Shown piece by piece: positions 38,270 through 46,126 of a stretch of 64,000 nucleotides of DNA (position 1 is the first letter of the stretch; the number at the start of each line of letters is the position of its first letter). The translations under genes were made by a program, and so were the position numbers. A model generated the notes under the pieces. It did not search any database and was not told where the DNA came from. It saw only the letters and a program-made list of their open reading frames with translations. The DNA is from an uncultured Clostridia bacterium. GTDB taxonomy: Bacteria > Bacillota > Clostridia > Christensenellales > QALW01. The DNA lies in contig CAKSKV010000001.1 in NCBI GenBank assembly GCA_934465535.1, positions 167,974 to 231,973 of the forward strand, read 5' to 3'.

Positions 38270-41074
38270 TTATTCATTTTTCATAGAGTCAAGATCAATC
38301 CATAAGGCGGGACGAACACCGCAACCGTCACTGGTGACAAATCCGTTACTTTTGTAACAGAGGCCACCGGAAGAGGACATGACAAAAGCAGCGTAGTAAG
38401 GGCCGGTGAGCGACCGCAGCCACCACGCATCAGCACCACTACCTGCTGCGTGTGCTTTTGCGTAAGCTGTAAAGGCGCATTTTCGTGCATGGTTATCACT
38501 GAAGTATTTTTCCACTTCGTTGTAACTGAGCAGGAATACTTTATCCGTTGTTGCATTGCCGGGATCTGTGTAGTAGTTCAGAATTTTATCGACAGATACG
38601 GTGCTGCTTTGAATCAGCGCCCTTTCTTCTTCGCTGAATGCCTCATTAAGAAAAGAGTCATTCAGCCATTTGCGAAGAGAGCATTGCTCCCATGTGATGG
38701 CTTTTCTTGTTTCGTAGTATGGCTTTTCGTTGTAGGGCTGGAAGTCAAGAACTTTATTGCTTATGACAAGTATTTTATTGCTTTCCTTTGCTAAAACAAG
38801 CCATTCAATATCTTCTGCGCCGTTAGAAGTGACATTATCCTGTTCATAGGTTCCGAAAGTAAATTTATCTCCAATAGCTAAAAGCTGTTTGCATTTTGTT
38901 TTTATGTATTCACATTTTTCTTTGCTGTCTTTATAGGAAATATCTTTCAGAAGTATATAGGCGGATTCATAATCGCCCGAATCTATACATTTAATGGCTC
39001 TGTCATATTTGCTTGCGAAGATGGTGTCGATGTCGTTGATTTCTCTAAGCAGGGTGTACGCAGAATCGAAATTGCCGGAATCGAGCAGCTTCATAGCTCT
39101 GCTCCGTTTGCTGGAAGCTATGGTTTCGCTGTCGCCGATTTCTTCAAGCAGGGTGTACGCAGAATCGAAATTGCCGGAATCGAGCAGCTTCATAGCTCTG
39201 CTCCGCTTGCTGGAGGCTATGGTTTCATTGTCATCGATTTCTTTAAGCAGGGCGTATGCGGAATCGTAGTCTTCCGATTCAAGCAGCTTCATTGCGCGGT
39301 TATACTTGCTAACTTTGATATCATCATCTTTGTTTATTTCTTCAAGCAAGGAATAGGCGGAATCGTAATCTCCCGATTCCAGCAAATTCATCGCTTTGTT
39401 ATACTTCAGCTGCGGAATAATGACCATGTTCAGCACGATTACAAAGGCTATGCAGACACATAAAACGGGAGTGGCAATGGCAGCAAACTTTTTGAGCCGT
39501 TTTGCCCTTTTTGCGGCGGCAATTCGCTTTTCTTCTATCCGTTTTTGGCAGGCGTATATTTGGCTGTCGGCATCCCGCCAGCCGGGAATGGTCTTAAATA
39601 TCGCTATTGCTTCCTCGTATGAAGCGGTGTTCCCGACGGCCCTCCTTGATATTGCAGTGGTGTACAATGCGTCCTTGCGGCAGCTTTCCGCTTTTTCAAG
39701 GCATTGCGCGGCAAGTGCGTCGGCATCGCGGAAGCCGGAAATGCTTTTGAACAGCTCGGCTCCTTTAAGAAAGGCATTTTGCGCCGCAGCGGACTTCATA
39801 ATGCCGCATGCATTGTTATAAATTGCGCTCTTACGGCGCGTTTCGTTGCGCTCGTTTATAATGTCTATATATCCGCGCAGCTCCGTATTCAGCGCTTCAT
39901 CGCCAAAGCGGAGAATTTTTAAGTAGTTTTCGTTTTTGTCAAACGGCTGCGCGCAGTCGCTCAGCTGCCCGCGCTTTGGAACCTGCAGCTCCGCCATCAG
40001 CTTGCCCAGATACGCCTGTGCATTTTTCGGGTCTATATCCAGCACCTTTTCGCAGTAGGTGTCGGCGTCGGACCATTTGCCGTCCTCAAGGAAAAGAAAC
40101 GTCCGTTCCAGAAGGGGCGCAGCGCCCGTGCTGCCCGCGGCTGCCGGCGCGGCAGGCTTTGCGGCGTTTTTTTGCCCGTCGGAGGATACTATCTTTTTTA
40201 TACCCCGTATAAGGTCCTGCATAAAGCCTAACTTGCCCATATCCTGCGCCTGAAGGTGGGAGAATTCCTCGGGCAGATCGTAGGGGTCCATGTCCTTATA
40301 GGCGGGAATAAGCATTTTTTTGGCGCCGTTTTTAATAAGCGCAAGGTAACGGCTCCACTCGTTTTTTACCCATACGGCGTTGAAATATTCCGGCCTTGTG
40401 CCCAAAACCACCATGACCTTTGCGCTGTTAAGGGCGGCGAATATGTACGGCTCGTAGGCGGAGCCCAGCTTGTCCTCCAGAGTAATACGGCTGAAGAACA
40501 CCTTGAAGCCCTCCTGCGTCAGCTGGTGGTAAAGGTCGTTTGCCAGCACGCTGTCGGGCGTTCTTGCACCGCGGCTGTCGGTTTCCTTATAGCAGATAAA
40601 TACATCAAAGGGCTCCTCCTTCTGTGAAATTGCAAGAATGCCCTTTTGAATTTCATTTATTGCCTTGGCCTCGGCTTCGTAAATTTCCTTTTGGGCGGCG
40701 TCGGCGCAGCGCAGAGCGGATTTGTAGTTATCATCGTCAAAGACGGAGGTAAACTGCGCCCTGTTCACCGTGGGAATGCGCTTGCCGGTGGCCGGGTCCT
40801 CCACATATTCAATACCGTAGCGGCAAAGCACAAGGGACCAATAAGCCTCGGCGTCGGTGCTGTCCTCGGCCAGAATCTGTTCGTATATGCTCATTGCCTT
40901 GTCGTATTCGTTATTGCGGCGGAAATGATTTGCCCGGTCATACAGGTTTGCCTTTTTATCGTCGTCAAGGCGGGGAAGGGTCTGCTTGGTGCCGCAGCTG
41001 TCGCACACGGCAACTGTGTCGCCGGGATTAAATTCCAGTGTCCCGCCGCACATTTTACATTTGAAGATTGCCAT
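38270..41074 (-). CDS. type II membrane protein: N-terminal Zn-ribbon + TIR domain + TPR-like region, single TM, 5 tandem 33-aa repeats, C-terminal DUF6273-like extracellular domain
   Basis: TIR motifs DVFICYKE, VMVVLGT, WVKNEW (putative catalytic Glu); TM AIATPVLCVCIAFVIVLNMVII preceded by KRAKRLKK; ATG 41074 overlaps upstream stop (TAATG) with RBS AGGAG. Confidence 0.8.
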   Translation of the reverse strand: MAIFKCKMCGGTLEFNPGDTVAVCDSCGTKQTLPRLDDDKKANLYDRANHFRRNNEYDKAMSIYEQILAEDSTDAEAYWSLVLCRYGIEYVEDPATGKRIPTVNRAQFTSVFDDDNYKSALRCADAAQKEIYEAEAKAINEIQKGILAISQKEEPFDVFICYKETDSRGARTPDSVLANDLYHQLTQEGFKVFFSRITLEDKLGSAYEPYIFAALNSAKVMVVLGTRPEYFNAVWVKNEWSRYLALIKNGAKKMLIPAYKDMDPYDLPEEFSHLQAQDMGKLGFMQDLIRGIKKIVSSDGQKNAAKPAAPAAAGSTGAAPLLERTFLFLEDGKWSDADTYCEKVLDIDPKNAQAYLGKLMAELQVPKRGQLSDCAQPFDKNENYLKILRFGDEALNTELRGYIDIINERNETRRKSAIYNNACGIMKSAAAQNAFLKGAELFKSISGFRDADALAAQCLEKAESCRKDALYTTAISRRAVGNTASYEEAIAIFKTIPGWRDADSQIYACQKRIEEKRIAAAKRAKRLKKFAAIATPVLCVCIAFVIVLNMVIIPQLKYNKAMNLLESGDYDSAYSLLEEINKDDDIKVSKYNRAMKLLESEDYDSAYALLKEIDDNETIASSKRSRAMKLLDSGNFDSAYTLLEEIGDSETIASSKRSRAMKLLDSGNFDSAYTLLREINDIDTIFASKYDRAIKCIDSGDYESAYILLKDISYKDSKEKCEYIKTKCKQLLAIGDKFTFGTYEQDNVTSNGAEDIEWLVLAKESNKILVISNKVLDFQPYNEKPYYETRKAITWEQCSLRKWLNDSFLNEAFSEEERALIQSSTVSVDKILNYYTDPGNATTDKVFLLSYNEVEKYFSDNHARKCAFTAYAKAHAAGSGADAWWLRSLTGPYYAAFVMSSSGGLCYKSNGFVTSDGCGVRPALWIDLDSMKNE
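38845..39335. repeat. five tandem 99-bp repeats inside the TIR-protein gene (encode 33-aa repeats SGxFDSAYxLLxEIxD...)
   Basis: period-99 recurrence of AAGCAGGGTGTACGCAGAATCGAAATTGCCGGAATCGAGCAGCTTCATAGCTCTGCTCCG at 39047, 39146, 39245; two units ~95% identical. Confidence 0.7.
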
Positions 41075-41523
41075 TATACTGACTCCTTTTTGATAATATT
41101 TATCCAAGATAGCAAAGTATCTTCATAGAGAATGATTCTTGCTTTTTCGTAGCCTTTATAGTTGGAAAAATAATAAATTCGCGTCTTTTTGTAACATCTT
41201 ACATTAAAACTGCCGTGCGCTAACGCGTTTCTAATAGCGGAAAATAGGGAGGAAACCACTCCGTTTTCATCATTTGCTAAAAATACGCAATACTCGTCCG
41301 GATATGTAATTGCTTCGCATTTTCTGAAATTTGAAGGTAACTCGCTTTTTTTGCTTGGCATATAGTTGCCCTTCAAGCTTGGGGTTGCGGCCTGTAAAAG
41401 ATTGTTCTTTAGTTTGGTAAAAGAAGGAGATCTGCTGTATCCAAGCTGTTTGAAAGTTTTTCCTCTGTGGCTCTTTCCTTCAACAGGACATTCAAATAAA
41501 TAAAACTGAATGATTTTTTGCAA
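41074..41523 (-). CDS. small HEPN-like protein (Rx4H motif IRNALAHG)
   Basis: Rx4H motif typical of HEPN RNases; AT-rich; start uncertain (TTG 41523 or ATG 41361). Confidence 0.4.
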   Translation of the reverse strand: MQKIIQFYLFECPVEGKSHRGKTFKQLGYSRSPSFTKLKNNLLQAATPSLKGNYMPSKKSELPSNFRKCEAITYPDEYCVFLANDENGVVSSLFSAIRNALAHGSFNVRCYKKTRIYYFSNYKGYEKARIILYEDTLLSWINIIKKESV

Positions 41524-41579
41524 GTTTTTATTTGATATGCTTGAAGGTTCTGTGAAATTTGTGCAATACTTAGCGTTTT

Positions 41580-42278
41580 TTACTTCATCGCCTTACACTT
41601 TCCGTTTCGCTCTGCCAGAGTATCCAGCAGGCTTTGCGCCGCCTCTGTCGCGCCCTGACCGGCGTTTACGGCATTTTCAAACGCCTTGAATTCCTTTTCA
41701 AGCTCCGCCTCAATCGCGCTTAATGCCTCGCTGCTTACGGGGTCGGAATATCGCAGCGCCTCATATACCTTTTTTGCCGCCGCTTTTTCGTCCGGGTTTT
41801 TGGCTTTGGCAAGCAGCGTTTCGGCGTTTACTGTTAAAAGCTTTATAAGCTGTGTCTGCGCTTTTACCTTTTCTTCAACGGCATCGGCAGCCTTTCCCGC
41901 CCAATCGGCACGGACAACGGCCGCTGCGGTAACGGCTGCGGCAATCAGGCACACAACGGCGGCAATCCATGCGGGGCAGCCCGGAATAAGCATAAGCGCT
42001 CCGCCCAGCACCAGCATAACAATCAACCCCGCGTAGCTGACGGTTATAAGCGGCAGATTGTAAAACAGCTTTTTAAGGTTCTGTGCCTTAAAGGCAAAAT
42101 ATGCGCAGACGAGATTTCCGATAAAAGCCGCGAGAATAAATCCCCACGCAATCCAGAAACGCGCATCGTAATTGACCACATATCCCGGAATTATGGGACA
42201 AACAAGAAACACGACAGCATTAAACACTACAAGCATGATTGCCCATATCAGCGCATACGATTTGAAATTCCTTTTCAT
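41580..42278 (-). CDS. membrane protein: 4 TM helices plus C-terminal coiled coil
   Basis: hydrophobic N-terminal half, Ala/Glu/Lys-rich helical C-terminal half. Confidence 0.55.
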   Translation of the reverse strand: MKRNFKSYALIWAIMLVVFNAVVFLVCPIIPGYVVNYDARFWIAWGFILAAFIGNLVCAYFAFKAQNLKKLFYNLPLITVSYAGLIVMLVLGGALMLIPGCPAWIAAVVCLIAAAVTAAAVVRADWAGKAADAVEEKVKAQTQLIKLLTVNAETLLAKAKNPDEKAAAKKVYEALRYSDPVSSEALSAIEAELEKEFKAFENAVNAGQGATEAAQSLLDTLAERNGKCKAMK

Positions 42279-42293
42279 TGTCCGTTCCTCCTG

Positions 42294-43436
42294 TTATAAA
42301 ATGCTTTTAAGCAGCTCTGCCTTCATGGCGGCGAATTCCTCATCGGTAATCAGCCCGGCGTTTTTCATCACCGTCAGCTTTTCCGCTTTTGCTTTGAATG
42401 TCGCCATATCATCGGCGGGTTGTGCTGCCTGCTGCGGCTGAGCCGGCTGCGCCGCTGCGCTTACGGCGTTATTTACTGCGCCGCCCACCATGCCGCTTAC
42501 TGCGCCGCCGACACCCGCCATTGTGCCAAAGCCTATTCCCATATTGGTAAACTGACCAACCGCCTCGTTCTGCGCCGCCGTCTGCGCCACATCAAAGCTG
42601 CGCTCCTGCGCGTATGTATAGCCCTCCTGCGCCCGCTTTGTGGCCTGCGCCTGAGAATCTATCACTATTTTCTGCGCCTCTGTCTGGGCGTTTATGATAT
42701 CGGTCTGCTGCTTAAGCTTGGCTTCGGCAATATCCGCATACTGGCGGAAATGCAGCTCCTTGAATTTTTCATACTGCTTCTCGCCGTCCGGCTTTACTAT
42801 GGTGGTTACAAAAAATCTTTCCAGCGCAATGCCGTAATCGGCAAAGTCCGGAATAAGAAGCTTATGCAGATTCTCGGAAAAGGCCGTCAGGTTTTCGTCA
42901 ATTTCAAAAATATTTATGGAATTTGCCCGTATGACCTGAGCGATATATGTTTTTACCCTTGTCATAAGAAAAGCACGGAAAAAACCGGTCAGCTGCTGCT
43001 GCCCCAAAAAGCTTTCCGTTCCCACAAGCTTTATAAGCAGCCTGCGGCTGTCCTGCACGCGCAGGCTCATTTCGCCCGATGCGCCTATCGAAATGGGGAA
43101 GCGGTATGTTGGGTCGATATACTGTATTTTGGAATCGGTTCCCCATTTGATAGCCATCTGCTCGGTTTTGTTTATAAAATAAACCTCGCAGTGGAATGGG
43201 GTCTTATCGCCGACGGTGCGGTTGAGCAGCTTTCCGATTTTTGGTATGTTCTGTGTTTCCAGCGTATACCTGCCCGGCCCGAACAGGTCAAGCGCCTGCC
43301 CGTTCATGAAAAATACGGCTTCCTGCGATTCATGCACGATAAGCTGTGTAAGAGTGTTGAAATCTTCGCATGGGTGCTTCCAGATGAAGGTGGAATTATC
43401 CCCCTCGTATTTGATTACATCTGCAATTTGTGCCAT
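42294..43436 (-). CDS. SPFH/band-7 (YdjI-like) protein with C-terminal SHOCT domain
   Basis: band_7_1-like core; C-terminal GLITDEEFAAMKAELL SHOCT motif; RBS GGGAGG before ATG 43436 (ORF-track extension to 43553 runs into the inverted repeat). Confidence 0.7.
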   Translation of the reverse strand: MAQIADVIKYEGDNSTFIWKHPCEDFNTLTQLIVHESQEAVFFMNGQALDLFGPGRYTLETQNIPKIGKLLNRTVGDKTPFHCEVYFINKTEQMAIKWGTDSKIQYIDPTYRFPISIGASGEMSLRVQDSRRLLIKLVGTESFLGQQQLTGFFRAFLMTRVKTYIAQVIRANSINIFEIDENLTAFSENLHKLLIPDFADYGIALERFFVTTIVKPDGEKQYEKFKELHFRQYADIAEAKLKQQTDIINAQTEAQKIVIDSQAQATKRAQEGYTYAQERSFDVAQTAAQNEAVGQFTNMGIGFGTMAGVGGAVSGMVGGAVNNAVSAAAQPAQPQQAAQPADDMATFKAKAEKLTVMKNAGLITDEEFAAMKAELLKSIL

Positions 43437-43452
43437 TAAAATACCTCCCTGT

Positions 43453-43483
43453 AACATAATCTGCATTATGTTGTAGTGCAAGT
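43453..43483. repeat. left arm of perfect 31-bp inverted repeat (AACATAATCTGCATTATGTTGTAGTGCAAGT)
   Basis: exact reverse complement of 43737..43767. Confidence 0.9.
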
Positions 43484-43670
43484 AAAAAAAGATCGCAGTG
43501 CCCGTAAAAAAATTTGTCACAAAAACCGTGCAAAATAAAAAAAGGCGCAGCAAAGCAGGCCTTTTCGAAAAAAGTTGAAAAAATAACGCGAAAAGGCTTT
43601 TTCGGCATGCCTGATTTTTGACGGCGGGGGCAGAAGCGACTGTTTTTTTTGGTCAAATATTTACAAACTA

Positions 43671-43699
43671 TTTACAAAGTGCCCCCATTATGCTATAAT
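43671..43699 (+). promoter_or_regulatory. near-consensus sigma-A promoter inside invertible segment (TTTACA-17 bp-TGcTATAAT), currently firing away from the SPFH/TIR operon
   Basis: -35 TTTACA 43671..43676, 17-bp spacer, extended -10 TGcTATAAT 43691..43699. Confidence 0.6.
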
Positions 43700-43736
43700 T
43701 AAGCATATAATGATGTTGTTTGTCATACTCGTGGGA

Positions 43737-43767
43737 ACTTGCACTACAACATAATGCAGATTATGTT
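43737..43767. repeat. right arm of perfect 31-bp inverted repeat
   Basis: exact reverse complement of 43453..43483. Confidence 0.9.
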
Positions 43768-43792
43768 GCTTCTGCTGCGCGGTATGGCTTTT

Positions 43793-44635
43793 TTATATTA
43801 TCAGATGCAGGTTCTCCATGCGGCGGCGGTGTTCTGCACCGGAGGATATAATATATATACGCGTGGTGTTTATGCTGCTGTGACCCAGAATATCGGCAAG
43901 CTTTGCAAGGTCTTTTTCGATCTCATAAAACAGCCGGGCAAACAAATGCCGCAGATTATGGGGAAACACCTTTTTCGGGCTGACATTTGCCCGCGTACAC
44001 AGCGCTTTCATCTCCCGCCAGATATTTGTTCGGTTAAGCGGCTTTCCCAAACGCGTTATAAATATCATACCCTCCTTTATTCCTTTTTTTGCAGCATACT
44101 TAAGCAGCTTTTGCCGCAGCTCCTTCACAAGGAAAACCGAGCGCGTTTTTCCCTTGCAGCTAACAAGCGCTTCGCCGCGTTTTGCCGCATCCACCGTTAT
44201 ATGCTGCAGCTCGCTTACCCGTATGCCCGTGCTGCACAGCGTTTGCAATACAAGGCAGAGCCGTTTGTTGCCGGAATGCCGCGCCGCTTCGCACAGCCGC
44301 GTGTATTCGGCCTTTGTAAGTTCCTTTTCCTCGGAACAGAACGCTTGCTGCTGAAGTGATACCGATTTTACCTTCAGGTCATGCCAGCCCATAAGGGAAA
44401 ACAGAACATTCAGGCTTGTGAGCATTGAATTAACACTGCGCACGGAATAGTTATCCCGCAGCCGCTTTTTGTACGCAATAACAGTTTCCTTGGTAACGGG
44501 GCCGCTTTGGGCATAGCGCGAAAACGCCGTTGCATCGCGGATATATTTTTCCACCGTTGCGCCGCTTCGCTCCTCAAAGATAAGATGCTTTTTGAATCCG
44601 GCAATGGCATTTGCCGTTATAAACCGCTCTTTCAT
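43793..44635 (-). CDS. tyrosine site-specific recombinase (phage integrase/XerD-like fold)
   Basis: HxxR (HNLRH) and C-terminal LGHSSINTTRIY catalytic Tyr motif. Confidence 0.85.
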   Translation of the reverse strand: MKERFITANAIAGFKKHLIFEERSGATVEKYIRDATAFSRYAQSGPVTKETVIAYKKRLRDNYSVRSVNSMLTSLNVLFSLMGWHDLKVKSVSLQQQAFCSEEKELTKAEYTRLCEAARHSGNKRLCLVLQTLCSTGIRVSELQHITVDAAKRGEALVSCKGKTRSVFLVKELRQKLLKYAAKKGIKEGMIFITRLGKPLNRTNIWREMKALCTRANVSPKKVFPHNLRHLFARLFYEIEKDLAKLADILGHSSINTTRIYIISSGAEHRRRMENLHLII

Positions 44636-44924
44636 TTCAGTTTACCTCCGGATATATTTAATTTTTATTTTATCAGAAAAAACTTAAGGCGAAAATATGC
44701 GCAGCAGGCCGCATTAAAAGCGCAAAAGCCTGCGCATAGTCCCACAAATGGACGCAGACTTGCCTTAACCTTTGAAATCAGCGGCGGAGGCAAAAGCGCG
44801 GGCGGGCAAAACAAGTCAGGATTCGTCCAAAGCCGCCAAAGGAAATTAAAGGGGAATGCGGAATTATTTATGGCAAACAAAGGAAGCGGAGCATATGCGC
44901 TCAGAGGAAAGGACGGACAGACAA

Positions 44925-45716
44925 ATGGGAAAGACGCTGGTAGTGACATCGGGCAAGGGCGGCGTGGGGAAAACTACGGTTACGGTAAATGTAGGGGCGG
45001 CCCTTGCAAAGGAGGGCATGAATGTGCTGCTTATAGATGCGGATCTTGGGCTGCGCAATCTTGACCTGATGATGGGGCTGGAAAACAGAATAGTGTATGA
45101 CATAGTGGATGTGCTGGAGGGCAGATGCCGGCTGCGGCAGGCGGTGGTGCGCAGCAGACAGGAGGAGCGGTTGGCCATGCTTCCCGCATCGCAGACGCGT
45201 AATAAAAATGCGCTGGAAAAGGGGCAGATGAGGGCGCTTATTGAGGAAATACAGGACAGCTATGACTATGTGCTTACAGATTGCCCCGCCGGCATAGAGC
45301 AGGGCTTCTGCAATGCCGTGGAGGGGGCGCAGGAGGCGCTGCTCGTATGCACTCCGGAGGTGGCTTCGGTACGGGATGCCGACAGAGTGGCGGGGCTGCT
45401 TGCCGTAAGCGAGACGGATAAGGTGCATCTTATAGTAAACAGGGTAAGGGCGGATATGGTGCGCAGGCATGAAATGATGAGCGTACAGGATGTGGAGGAG
45501 ATACTGGGTCTGCACGCGCTGGGTGCGGTGCCGGAGGACCCGCTTGTTGTGCGGGCGGCAAATTTAGGCGAGCCGCTGGCGTATGCCGTGCGTTCGGCAG
45601 CGGGAGAGGAATACCGAAAAATAGCACGCAGGCTCATGGGGCAGCGTGAGCCGGAATCGGGCGGCGGAATAGGCGCTTTTATGCAGCGCATATTCGGTAT
45701 AAAGGCTGCGGGCTGA
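44925..45716 (+). CDS. minD: septum site-determining ATPase MinD
   Basis: deviant Walker A SGKGGVGKTT; start at MGKTLVV (alternative ATG 44895). Confidence 0.85.
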   Translation: MGKTLVVTSGKGGVGKTTVTVNVGAALAKEGMNVLLIDADLGLRNLDLMMGLENRIVYDIVDVLEGRCRLRQAVVRSRQEERLAMLPASQTRNKNALEKGQMRALIEEIQDSYDYVLTDCPAGIEQGFCNAVEGAQEALLVCTPEVASVRDADRVAGLLAVSETDKVHLIVNRVRADMVRRHEMMSVQDVEEILGLHALGAVPEDPLVVRAANLGEPLAYAVRSAAGEEYRKIARRLMGQREPESGGGIGAFMQRIFGIKAAG

Positions 45717-45730
45717 AGCGGGGGGATAAT

Positions 45731-46036
45731 ATGAAATACATAAGAGCGTTTTTTGAAGGGCTGTTTGCGCGCGGCAGTGCAAAAAAAGCAAAGAAAAGGC
45801 TGGAAACGGCATTGGCAGGGGACAGGCTGGCATCGGCAAGTGCTGTGGACGGGCTGAAAAAAGCAATAGAGGGGGAGCTGGCGGCTCAGGGCTGCACAGG
45901 GGAAAAAGAATATGATATTTCAAGCATACGCAAGGGGGAAAGGGTGGAGCTTACAATAAAAGTAACCCTTGCGCCCGGTGAAAAGCCTTGCAATGAGGCT
46001 TTAGTGCAGGTACTTGCTGGCAGGGCGAAAAATTAA
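45731..46036 (+). CDS. minE: cell division topological specificity factor MinE
   Basis: small protein with MinE-like N-terminal amphipathic helix; follows minD. Confidence 0.65.
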   Translation: MKYIRAFFEGLFARGSAKKAKKRLETALAGDRLASASAVDGLKKAIEGELAAQGCTGEKEYDISSIRKGERVELTIKVTLAPGEKPCNEALVQVLAGRAKN

Positions 46037-46126
46037 CAAATTCGGGGTGGATTTTTGTCGCCGTTTATGATAGAATAAATTTGCATTATTGTTATTGTGC
46101 AAATGTATTTCAGACGGGATCAAAAA

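Larger units (their letters stand above)
43453..43767. other. candidate invertible promoter element (inverton): 253-bp segment bounded by 31-bp IRs, next to tyrosine recombinase
   Basis: IR pair + internal consensus promoter + adjacent recombinase gene. Confidence 0.6.

Noticed and set aside
38845-39335. Regularly spaced direct repeats that could be mistaken for a CRISPR array
   Set aside because: The repeats are 99 bp, contiguous without spacers, in-frame and coding (33-aa protein repeats). No cas genes are present.
43739-44359. 206-aa plus-strand ORF beginning MHYNIMQIM, mirrored by the N-terminal extension (to 43553) of the SPFH ORF
   Set aside because: Both peptides are translations of the two arms of the 31-bp inverted repeat. 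The plus-strand ORF lies antisense to the well-supported tyrosine recombinase gene. I treat both as artefacts of the repeat, not genes.
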